Positions 20,251-34,700 of a stretch of DNA of 64,000 bases are shown here, one piece after another (position 1 is the first letter of the stretch; each line of letters starts with the position of its first letter). The position numbers and the translations under genes are program-made. Under the pieces are notes generated by a model. It was not told the DNA's origin. It worked only from the letters and a program-made list of their open reading frames with translations, and ran no database searches. The DNA comes from the human T2T-CHM13v2.0 reference genome, Homo sapiens, in NCBI RefSeq assembly GCF_009914755.1, contig NC_060947.1; one strand, 5' to 3'.

Positions 20251-21235
20251 GGGCAAGATGACCAACTAGATGCAGCTAGGAAGTGCCACTCTCACTGACA
20301 GAGACTGGGATTTGGACTAAACCACTGTAATTTGAGAAGATCTTTAGAGATAAAATGCCAAATGCAAATGGAGAAAAGAGGCATATGTTGAGGCTGAAGA
20401 GGGAGAAATTGAGGAACCCTATGTGGGGGGCTTGAATGCTAGGGCTGATTCCTGGACCTGAATGATCCTGGGGAAGGGAACATAGCTGGAAATATTAGGA
20501 AACACAAAAGAGCCACGTGGTTGAGTAAGAGCCTATTTAGCAACAATTGCTCTTAAGTGCTGTCTACAGGTAACACAGGCCAAACTAACAACAGCAAAAA
20601 ACACTTCGCTACATCACCCCCCATGAGACACCAAGATCAAAAATTCAAAAACAAAGACCTTGTATAGAGGCTTGAAATGGAACCAACTTACTGTACTCAA
20701 TTTGCACTGCAGCTGAAGGAACAACAGCCCTCCCAAATGAGAAACAATCAGTGCAAGAACTCTGTGAATTCAAAAAGCCAGAGTGTACCCTTACCTCCAA
20801 ACAAGCCTACTAGCTCCCCAGCAATGGTTCTTAATCAGTCTAAGATAACTGAAATGACAGACATGAAATTCAGAATCTGGATTGCAAGGAAGCTCACGGA
20901 GATCCTGGAGAAAGTTCAAACCCAATCCAAGGAAGCCAAGCAATCATTATAATAATTCTAGAGCTGAAAGATGAAATTTCTATTTTAAGAAAGACCTAAA
21001 CTTAACCTTTTGAGCTGAAAAATTCCCTATGAGAATTTCATAGTACAATTGCTAGTATTAAGATCAGAATAGACCAAGCTGAGAAAAGAAACTCACAGCT
21101 CAAAGACTAGTTCTTTGAATCTACTTATTCAGACAAAAATAAAGAAAAATTAATTTTAAAAAATAAACAAAACCCTGAAGAAATATGGGATAATGCAAAG
21201 AGACCAAATCTATAACTTCTTGGCACATCTGAAAG
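20251..21235 (+). mobile_element. L1P4 (L1PA15-16/L1PB-type) 5'UTR and ORF1 start, internally deleted and 3'-truncated
   Basis: gggcaagatgaccaactag start. ORF 20677-20952 reads MRNNQCKNS...EMTDMKFRIWIARKL, like an old ORF1p N-terminus. Confidence 0.8.
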
Positions 21236-24457
<3,222 letters not shown>

Positions 24458-25493
24458 TGAGACCACCTTTGAAAAAATTATAACTGAGGAAATCATGACA
24501 GTGATAGAGATCAGACCTAATCAACTCCATCTTGTTTCTCTTTTTTATTTTATTATTTATTTTTTTTTGAGACAGAGTCTCGATTTGTTGCCAGGCTGGA
24601 GAGCAGTGGCATGATCTTGGCTCACTCCCTGGTTTAAGCGATTCTCCTGAATCAGCCTCCTGAGCAGCTGGGATTATAGGCACGTGCCACCACGCCCAGC
24701 TAACTTTTGTATTTTTAGTAGAGATGGGTTTTCACCATGCTGGCCAGGATGGTCTTGATCTTCTGACCTTGTGATCTGCCCACCTCGCCCTCCCAAAGTG
24801 CTGGGATTACAGGCGTGAGCCACCGCGCCCTGCCTCTTGTTTTTAACCTTTAAGCTGTTCTTGTTTATTCTTGGGCATAGGCCACACTAACCTTGGGAAG
24901 GAATTCCTTTTATGGTTTGACTCTGAAACGAAATTGATAATAGCTCTTTCCTGAAAAGACCCCTTTCTTGCCTAGGGACCAATCTGCCTTTGCAGGACTA
25001 ACAAATTAGCTACAAGATTAGAAATTATGCTTCAGGGGTTATGCAGCTTCTGGCTGCAAGAGTCTGAACCTTCCCAAATTGCTCCTGGGGGTAACATTAC
25101 TACTGTAGAACCTAAGGTCAGTGCTTGAGATATTTTGCAGACCCTGCACTAGATGGATTAGCTGACACCACCCAGAGTGGTAATCTGACTCAACCAGTTC
25201 TGCAATCCCAACCAGAAACAGAATACAGTGAGGAAACGTCACTTCAGCCCCCTATGATTCCATCTCCAACCTGACCAATCAGCACTCCCCACTTCCTGAG
25301 CCCCTACCCACCAAATTATCTTTAAAACCTTGATCTCTGAGTGTTCAGGGAGACTGATTTGAGTAATAATAAAACTCCACTTTCCTACACAGCTGGCTCG
25401 GTGTGAATTATACATTCTTCATAGCAATTCCCCTGCCTTGAGAAATAAGCTCTGTCTAGGCAGCCAGCAAGGTGAACTTCTTGGGTGGTTACA
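24458..25493 (+). mobile_element. LTR8/LTR8A 3' LTR interrupted by an Alu
   Basis: tgagaccacctttgaaaaaattataactgaggaaat ... ggactaacaaattagctacaagattagaaatta ... gggtggttaca. Confidence 0.85.
24540..24835 (-). mobile_element. AluS (Sc-like) inside LTR8, with a small internal deletion
   Basis: TSD tcttgttt on both sides; gccaggatggtcttgatc. Confidence 0.9.
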
Positions 25494-25625
25494 ATTCCAG
25501 TTACTTGGGGGGCAAAGGTGAAGGATCACTTTAGCCTACGAGGTCAAGGCTGCAGTGAGCCATGTTTGCATGACTGCACTCCAGCCTGGGTGACAAAGAC
25601 ATACCCTGTCTCAAAAAAAAAGAGG
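25494..25625 (+). mobile_element. AluJ right-arm remnant abutting the LTR end
   Basis: gaggtcaaggctgcagtgagcc ... ccctgtctcaaaaaaa. Confidence 0.8.
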
Positions 25626-25639
25626 AAGAAAAAAAGAAA

Positions 25640-26730
25640 CAAAGAACAAATGAAATGAATAGAAAATATTTATAAGGGTGAAATATATCAATCAATCATG
25701 TATATTAATATAAATAGAATATTAGTATAAATAATTACTTTAAATATGATGGTCCAAACATACTAACTAAAGATAGAAATTGTCAGAGTGGGGAAAGAAC
25801 AAAATCAACTGTATATGTCTAAAAGAAAGACACTTTCAATGTAAAGACACAGATAATTTAAAAATAAAGAGGTAAAGAAAGGTATACGGTGTTAACATTT
25901 ATCAAAACAAAGCGTGTTACCAAAAGTTAATGTTTTCAGAGAATGCTTTGGTTAAAAAGCCTTTACCAACTTGGGCTGTTTGGGATAATAATGTTGACCA
26001 CTTTCCACAGTGGGTTATAACATTAATATATATATATAATTCACTACTAGTTTGTAATCTACATTACATAAGTGTAAAAAAAGTGTGAGTAGCTATATTA
26101 TTTTTTGAAAAGGCAGATTTCAGAGAAAGTGAAATGATCAGAAATGAAGAGCCATTTTTAAATGATAAAGGGTCAATTCTCTAAGAGAATATAACAATCC
26201 AAAACATGTACACACCTAAAAAGTAGAGTATGTGAGGCAAGAACTGACGGCACTGCAAAGATAAACAGACAAATCTACTTTTATAGTTGGAGACATCAAC
26301 AACTCAATGTAAGTAACTGACAGATTAAGCAGGCAAAATATCAGTAAGAATAAAGATGGCCTAAGCATCACTTCAATCAATTTGATCACTTAGCAGTTAT
26401 AGAATTATCCATATGAAAAGAGCATAATACACATTCTTCAAAAACACACATGAAATATTAAAAAGAACACATTTTGTGCTATAAAACACATCTTAACAAA
26501 TTTGAAAGACTGTATCAAATAAAAAATAAAGTATGTTCTAGACCACAATAAATATGAATCAATTTTGTAAAAATTTACTTCAAATATTAACATGTTTTTA
26601 AATAACCCGTGGTTCAAAAAAATTAAATGTAAAAATCATTTTAGCTACATGAAAACAAAAATATAATCAGAATTTGTGGGATGCAAAGTTAGCCATTCTT
26701 AAAGGAAAATGTGTAGCATTAAATTATATA
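25640..26730 (+). mobile_element. Old L1M ORF2 5' (endonuclease) remnant
   Basis: aatgataaagggtcaattc, atagttggagacatcaac, tacacattcttc. Confidence 0.65.
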
Positions 26731-28765
26731 TTTGCCAGAGCAATCAGGCAAGAGAAAGTAAAAATGGCATTCAAGTAGGAAGAGAGGAAGTCAAATTATT
26801 CCTGTTTGCAGACAACATGATCCCATATCTAGAAAACCCCATAGTCTAAGCACAAAAGCTCCTTCAGCTGATAAAATACTTCAGCAAAGTTTCAGGATAC
26901 AAAATCAACGTACAAAAAAATCACTAGCATTTCTACATACAAACAACAGCCAAACAGAGAGCCAAACCAGGAAGGTAGTCTCATTTACAATTGCCACAAA
27001 AAGAATAAAACACCTAGGAATTGCAGCTAACCAGGAAGGTGAAAAATCTCTACAATGAGAATAACAAAACACTGTTCAAAGAAATCAGAGAAGACACAAA
27101 CAAATGAAAAAAACATCCAATGCTCAGGGATAGGAAGAATCAATATCATTAAAATGGACATACTGCCCAAAGCAATTTACAGATTAAATGCTATTCTTAT
27201 CCCATTACCAACAACATTCCTCACAGAACTACAAAACACTATTTAATATTCATATGGAACCGAAAAAGAGCTTGAATAGCCAATGCCATACTAAGCAAAA
27301 AGAAGAAAACTGGAGGCATCACACTACCTGACTTCAAACTATACTATAGGGCTGTAGTAACCAAAAAAGCATGGTACTGGTACAAAAACATGCATGTAAA
27401 CGAATGGGACAGAATAGAGAGTCCAGAAATAAGGCTGTACACCTATGACCATCTGATCTTTGACAAAGCTCACAAAAACAAACAATGTGGAATAGACTCC
27501 CTATTCAACAAATGGTGCTGGGATAACTGGCTAGTCATATGCAGAAGATTGAAGCTAGACCCCTTTCTTACACCATATACCAAAATCAATTAAAGATGGA
27601 CTAAATACTTAACTGTAAAACCAAAAACTATAAAAAAAAACTGGAAGACAACATAGGTAACACAATCCTGAACATAGGAACAGGCAAAGATTTTAAGACA
27701 GACACTAAAAGCAATCACAACAAAAGGAAAAATTGACAAATGAGATCTAACCAAATTTAAGATCCTCTGCACAGCAAAATAAACCATCAACAAGATAAAG
27801 AGACAACCTACAGAATGGAAGAATATCTTTGCAAACTATGCATCTGACAAAGGTCTAATATCCAGCATCTGTGAGTAATTTAAACGAATTTACAAAACAA
27901 AAACAAACCACTCCATTAAAAAATGGTCAAAGGACATAGACATATTTCAAAAGAAGACATACCTGTGGCCAACAAGCACATGACAAAAAGTTCAATATTA
28001 CAGAAATGTTAAAACCACAATGAGATACCATCTCACACCAGTCAGAATGGCTATTAATAAAAAGTCAAAAAATAGCAGATGCTGCTAAGGTTGTGGAGAA
28101 AAGGGAACGTTTACACAATGTTGATAGGAATTTCAATTAGTACAACCATTTTGGAAAAAATTGTGGCTACTCTTCAAAGAGCCATGAAAACAGAACTACT
28201 ACTTTACCCAGCAACCTCATTCCTGGGGATATACCCAAAGGAATATAAATAGTTCTATTATAAAGATATATGCATACATATGTTCATGCAGTACTATTCA
28301 CAATAGTTAAGACATGGAGTCAATCTAAACACCTATCAGTGGAAAACCGGATAAAGAAAATGTGGTACTTATACACCATGGAATACTATGCAGCCATAAA
28401 AAAGAACAAGATCATGTCTTTGTGGGAACATGGATGAAGCTGGGGGCTACTATTCTTAGCAAACTAATGCAGAAACAGAAAACCTAATACCAGATGTTCT
28501 CATTTATAAGTTGGAGCTAAACGATGAGGACTCATGAACACAAAGAAGGAAACAGGCACTGGTGTCTACATGAGGGTGGACGTTGTGAAGAGGGAGAGAA
28601 GAAAAAAAAAACTTATGGGTACTAGACTTAATACTTGGGTGACGAAGTAATCTGTACAACAAGCTTCCATGACATGAGTTTACCTATATAACAAATCTTC
28701 ACATGTACCCACGAACCTAAAATAAAAGTTAAAAATGAATAAATTAAAATTAAAAATAAATTAAT
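26731..28765 (+). mobile_element. 5'-truncated L1PA13-like LINE-1
   Basis: ORF2 fragments ([21 protein letters not shown]); 3'UTR ccatgacatgagtttacctatataacaa ... cctaaaataaaagtt. Confidence 0.85.
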
Positions 28766-28973
28766 TAATGATTCAATGAAATACATTCTAGTGCATTAGT
28801 ATACCTCATTTTTTTCACTCATCCGTTTATAGACATAGGAGCTGTTTTCCATTTTGAGCCTGTTATGAATAACAATGCTATAAGCACTGACATATAAGTT
28901 CTTGTGGATATATGTTCTAATTTCTCATGGGTATATATTTAGTGGAATTGCTGGCTCATAAGGCAACATTGTA

Positions 28974-29051
28974 TTACATTGGTGCAAAAGTAATTGCGTT
29001 TTTGCTATTACTCTTAATGCAAATTAAAAAGTAATGTTTGCAATTACTTTT
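28974..29051. mobile_element. MADE1 (Hsmar1-derived MITE), degenerate
   Basis: ttggtgcaaaagtaattgcgtttttgc ... gcaattactttt palindrome. Confidence 0.75.
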
Positions 29052-30225
29052 AATATTTAACATTTTGAGGAGCTTCACCATTTTATAATCCCACCAGCAA
29101 TGTGTGTGCTTCCCAATTTCTCTATATCCCTACCAACACATTTTACCGTCTGCCTTTTTTATTAGAACCATCCTAATGGCTGTGAAGATGAATTCCATCA
29201 GGACTTCCATTTACGTTTCCCTAATGATTAATGATACATAGAAACTATGTATATATTAGCCATTTGTGTATCTTCTTTAGAAAGAGTTCTACTTACATCC
29301 TTGGCCCATATTTTAATGGGGTTATTTTGGTTTTTATTGTTGAGTTGTAAACATTGTTAATTTTACTCTGGATATATGTCATGTATCTATTATCAAAGTT
29401 ATGATTTGCAAATATCTTCTTACATCTTGAGGGCTGTTTTGTTTATGCCATAATTTTCAGAAGAAAAGCTTTTAATTTTAATATAGTCCAATATATTTAT
29501 TTTGTTTTTTGTCACAAGTTTTTTTGCTATTATGCCTAAAAAACAATTACCTATATCAAAGGTCAAGGAAGATTCGTTCATACATACCCTTCTAAGATTT
29601 TTATGTTAAAAAAAGAGCTAAAAAGCTTTTACGTTTACATCTTTGATACACTTTAGTTTTTGTGTATAGTGTGAGTCCAACCTTATTTATTTATTTTGCA
29701 CATGGATATACAGTTGTATCAGTAGTATTTTTTGAAAAGACCGTTCTTTTCCCGTTGAATAGTTTGTCATCTTTGTGGAAAATCAATTGACCAAAAATCT
29801 GTGGGTTTATTTCTGGACTCTTAATTCTATTCCATTGATCTAATATATTGTCTCGATATCATTAACATACTGTCTTGCTTAATGTAGTTTTATATAATCT
29901 GTTATGAAATCAGAAAGTTTGCATCTGAACTTTTATACTTATTTTTCAAACTTGTTTTGCCTATTCTGAGTTATTTGCCTTTCCATAAGAATTTTTGGAT
30001 TATATTACCCTTTTTTTTGCAAGGAAGCCAGATGTTATTTTGATAGGATTTTTTTGGCTTTGTAGATTAATTTGGGGAGTATTGGCATCTAAATAATGTT
30101 AAATAGTTTGATACATGAACGTGGAATCTATTCCCATTTACTAGATCTAATTTGTTTCAATATTATTTTATATTTTTAAATGTACATGTCTAGTACTACT
30201 TTTGTTACATTTGCTTTTGAGGACT

Positions 30226-30590
30226 TTATTTTTTATTTATTTATTTTTTATATACTTTAAGTTCTGTGGTACATGTGCTGAACGTGCCGTTTTGTTACAT
30301 AGGTATACATATACCATGGTGGTTTGCTGCACCCGTCAACCTGTCACCTACATTAGATATTTCTCCTAATGTTATCCCTCCCGTAGCCCTCCACCCCGAC
30401 AGGTCCCAGTGTGTAATGTTCCCCTCCCTATGTCCATGTGTCCTCATTGTTCAATTCTCACTTACGAGTGAGAACATGAGGTGTTTGGTTTTTCTGTTCT
30501 CGTGATAATTTGCTGAGAATGATGGTTTCCAGCTTCACCCATGTCCCTGCAAAGAACATGAACTCATCCTTTTTTTATGGCTGCATAGTA
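30226..30590 (-). mobile_element. L1PA7-like 3' end
   Basis: ccatggtggtttgctgcaccc 3'UTR. Approximate TSD aggactttatttt / aggaattttatttt. Confidence 0.85.
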
Positions 30591-31029
30591 AGGAATTTTA
30601 TTTTTTAAACATATTTTATATGGATTTTATCCTTAAATTCCTTTTAAATTGTTAATTGATAATATATAAAATTACATTTGATATGTATATGCATCTTGTA
30701 CTGTGAAACTTTGCTAATTCATTTACTAGTTTTAATATTTTTTGTGGATTCTTTAGAAATGTTTATATAAAACTTCATGTCAACTGCAAATAGAGATAAT
30801 TTTTCTTCTTCCTTTTTGCTCTGGCTACCTTTTATTTCATTGTCTTATCTAATTTTTAGACTAGTACTTCTAGTAAAATATTGCATAGAAATGGTGAGAA
30901 TGAACATCTTGTCTTGCTACTGACTTTGGGCAAACACATTCAGTTTTTCACCACTCTGTATGATGGTGCATGTATTTTGGGTATTTGAGAGAGGGAGAGG
31001 AAGACGAAGAGGGAGAGCAAAAGAATTTA

Positions 31030-31219
31030 AGAAATTAGCTTACATGATTGCGGATATTGGCAATTCTGAAATCTGCAGGGTAGGCTTGCAGGCTGGTGAC
31101 CCACGGTAGAGTTCAAATTTGAGAGTACTCTGCTGGCAGAATTTTCTTTTCCTCTGGAGAGGTCCGGTTTTGTCTTTTTTCTTTTTTTCTATTAAGGCCT
31201 TCAACTGATTTGGATAAGA
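31030..31219 (-). mobile_element. MLT2-family (ERVL) LTR fragment
   Basis: ctgctggcagaattt ... aggccttcaactgatt. Confidence 0.7.
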
Positions 31220-31552
31220 TGGGGTGGGCGCAGTGGCTGCACCACTGGCTGGATCCCTGAATCGGGTGCCTCTCTCACTTTCCACGGCCCCGAAGCCTGG
31301 CCCCAGCTTTGCACCCTGTGCCAGCCCCTGTGCTCCATGTGCAACTGCAGCATCATCCCGGGTGTATCTCCACTTCAGGGATCCTCTCTGCCTGACTGTG
31401 CTTCTCCCCCACCAGCGGGCAACCCTGCCCAGACCCATTGTGTCAGCCCCCAGTACAGCGGGCTGCGGGGGCTGTCCACCGCCTTCTGGCATCCTCCCTG
31501 CAGAGGCTAGAGTGATGGCAGGGCCACTCCAGATGGCCCACCTCTGCCATCA
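31220..31552 (-). mobile_element. MER52-like GC-rich LTR 5' piece
   Basis: Reverse complement begins TGATGGCAGAGGTGGGCCATCTGGAGTGGCC, like the MER52 start. Confidence 0.6.
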
Positions 31553-31590
31553 ATAATACATACATAATCTCTATGTTATAGTCCCACAGT

Positions 31591-31764
31591 GCTGCAAGGG
31601 GGCTGGCCCGGGCTGCACACTCCACGGAACCAGCAGGAGCCAGGATCAAGCAGCAGCCCCATCCTGAACGTGACTGCAGCCGCACAAGTCAGGGTTATAG
31701 ACCTGGGCCTCCCTGGGCTCTTGGGGGCTGGGAGCAGGCAGAAGTCTTACCCCTGGTGCAGCTG
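31591..31764 (+). mobile_element. Second MER52-like LTR piece in the opposite orientation
   Basis: gggctgcacactccacggaaccagcaggagcc ... ctcttgggggc. Confidence 0.55.
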
Positions 31765-34700
31765 ATTTCACTTAATACAATTATCTCCAGTTCCATCCAT
31801 GTTGTTGCAAAAGAGTGGATCTCATTATTTTTATGGCTGCATAGTGCTCCATTGTGTATATGTACCACATTTTCTTCATCCATTTATCTGTTGATGGATA
31901 CTTAGATTGCTTCCAAATCTTAGCTATTGTGAACAATGCATCAACAAACATGAGAGTGCAGACATCTCTTCGATATACTGATATTTTTTGTGGGATACAT
32001 ACCTAGTAGTAGGATTGCTGAATCATATGGTAGCACAATTTCTAGTTTTTGAAAGAACTTCCACACATACTGTTCTCCACAGTACTTATACTAATTTACA
32101 TTCCCACCAACAGTGTACAAGAGTTTCCTTTTCTCCACATCCTTGCCAGCATTTGTTATTGCCTGTCTTTTGTATATAAACCGTTTTAACTGGCGTGAGA
32201 TAATATCTCATCATTTTGATTTGCATTTTTCTGATGATCAGTGATGTTTAGAATCTTTTCAAATGCCTGTTTGCCATTCTTATGTCTTCTTTTAAGAAAG
32301 GTCTATTCAAATCTTTTGCCCATGTTTGATCAGATTATTATATTTTTTCTACAGAATTGTTTGAGGTCCTTATTATATTCTGGTTATTAATCCCTTCCTT
32401 GTCAGATGGGTAATTTGCAAATATTTTCTCCCTTTCTGTGGGTTTTCTCTTCTCTTTATTAATTGTATCCTGTGTTGTGCAGAAACCTTTTAAGTTGATG
32501 TGATTCCATTTTTCCATTTTTGGTTTGGTTGCCTGCGCTTGTGGGGTATTGCCAAAGAAATTTTTGCCCAGACCAATGTACTAGAGACTTTCCTGAAAGT
32601 TTTCTTGTAGTAATTTTATGGTTTGAGGTCTGAGATTTAAGTCTAAAATTAATTTAGATTTGATTTTTGTATGCCATGAAAGATGTGGGTCTAGTTTCAT
32701 TCTTCTGCATATGAATATTTAGTTTTTCCAGCACCATTGAATGAAGAAACTGTCTTTTCCCCAGTATGTTTTCTTGGCACCTTTGTAGACAATGAATTCA
32801 CTGTAGGTGTGTGGATTATTTTTCTGGGTTGTATATTCTGTTCCACTGGTGTATGTGTGTTGTTATGCCAGAACACGCTGTTTTGGTTACTATAGCTCCA
32901 TAGTATAATTTGAAGTTAGGTAATGTGATTCCTTCATGTGTTTTTTTTCTTAGACAAGCTTTGGCTTTTTTGGTTGTTTATTAATTCCATATAAATTTTA
33001 GGATTATTCTATTTCTGTGAAGAATGTCATTGTTATTTTGATAGGGATTGCATTGAATCTGTGGATTGCTTTGGGTGGTATCAACATTTTAACAAGAATA
33101 ATCCTTTTAATCCATGAACATTTAATAATGGTCTTTTTTGTTTTTTATAAAGAAAAGATGTTGAATTTTATTAAATGTTTGTTCAGCATCAATTGAAATT
33201 ATCATATGCTTTATATCCTTTATTCTTTTAATATGATGTATCACATGGATTCATTTGTGTATATTAAATCATCCTTGCATTGCAGGAATGAATCTGACTT
33301 GGTTATAATAAATGATTTTTCTATTTTACTGTTGAATTTGGTTTGCTAGTATTTTGTTGAGAATTCTTGCATCAATATTGATCAAGGATGTTGGTGTGTA
33401 GTTTTCTTTCTTGATATGCCTTTGTCTCATTTTGTTATCAGGATAAGACTGGCCTCATAACATTAGTTCAGAAGTAATCCTACTTACTCCATTTTTCAGA
33501 ATGATTTGAGTAGGCCTGGTATTCGTTATTCTTTGAATAAATTTGTTGTTCTTTGGAAGAATTCAGCAGTAAATCCTTTGGGTCCTTGGTGTTTCTTATA
33601 TGGGAGGCTTTTTATTGTGGCTTTGCTCTCATGTCTTGTTATCAATATTTGTTCAGGTTTTGGCTTTCTTCCTGGTTCAACCTTGGTAGGTTGTACATGT
33701 CTAAGAGTTTGTCCATTTCTGCTAGATGTTCCAATGTATTGGCATATAGTTGCTCATAATAACCAGTAATAATTTTTGGAATTTCTGCAGTATCAGTTGT
33801 CATACCTCCATTTTTATCTATTATTTTGTTTAGTTGGATCATCTCTGTTTCTTAGTCTGGATAAGGCTTGTAAATTTTGTTTAACTTTCCCAGAAACCAA
33901 TTTTTTTCATTGATGTTTTCTATTGTTTACTTCACTTTAATTTCATTTATTTCTGCTTTTATTATTTTGTTTCTTCTATTAATTTTGGGGTAGGTTTGCA
34001 CTTGCTTTTCTAGTTATTTAAGAAGCATTGTTACATTATTTATTTGAAGTTCCTCATCTTTTTTGATGGAGATACTTATAGCTATAAACCTTTTCCTTAG
34101 TACTGCTTTTGCTGTATCTAATAGGTTTTAAATTTGGGCATGCTTTATTTTTTCTTTTGTTTCTTTTACTTTTTTGCTATGCTTCCTCAGATTATGGGAT
34201 ATTATGTTTCCATTATCACTTGTTTCAAATTTTTCATTTTTTTCTCAATTTATGTATTGGCCCACTGGTAATTCAGGAGCATATTTGTTTAATTTCCATG
34301 TATTTTTATAGTTTCCAAAATTTATCTTGTAATTGATTTCTAGTTTTATTCCATGTGGTCAGAGAAGATGCTTGATATTATTTCAATTTTTTGAATGTTT
34401 TAAGACTATCTTTGTGACCTAACATATGGTCTTTCTTTAAGAATGATCCATGTTCTTGTGAAAAAAAAAGTGTAGTCCATAGCCATTGGATGAAATGTTC
34501 TGTAGTTATCTATTAAATCCATTTAGTCTATAGTGCAGCTTGTCTGATGTTTCTTGGTAGATTATCTGTCTAATTGATTTGTCCAATGCTGAAAGTGGGG
34601 CATTGATGTCTCCAGTTATTATTGTGTTGGGTCTTATCTCTCTCTTTAGCTCTAATAATTCCTTTATATATCAGGGCGCTGCAGTGTTTGGTGCATATAT

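Larger units (their letters stand above)
28790..30965 (-). mobile_element. Old L1M ORF2 3' remnant
   Basis: cccaccagcaatgt, gaaaatcaattgacc, ggtgagaatgaacatcttgtcttg. Confidence 0.65.

Noticed and set aside
31040-31685. GC-rich ORFs (150, 110 and 80 aa) as a gene first exon or CpG-island promoter
   Set aside because: The sequence is LTR-derived (MLT2/MER52-like). High GC content alone explains the open frames.
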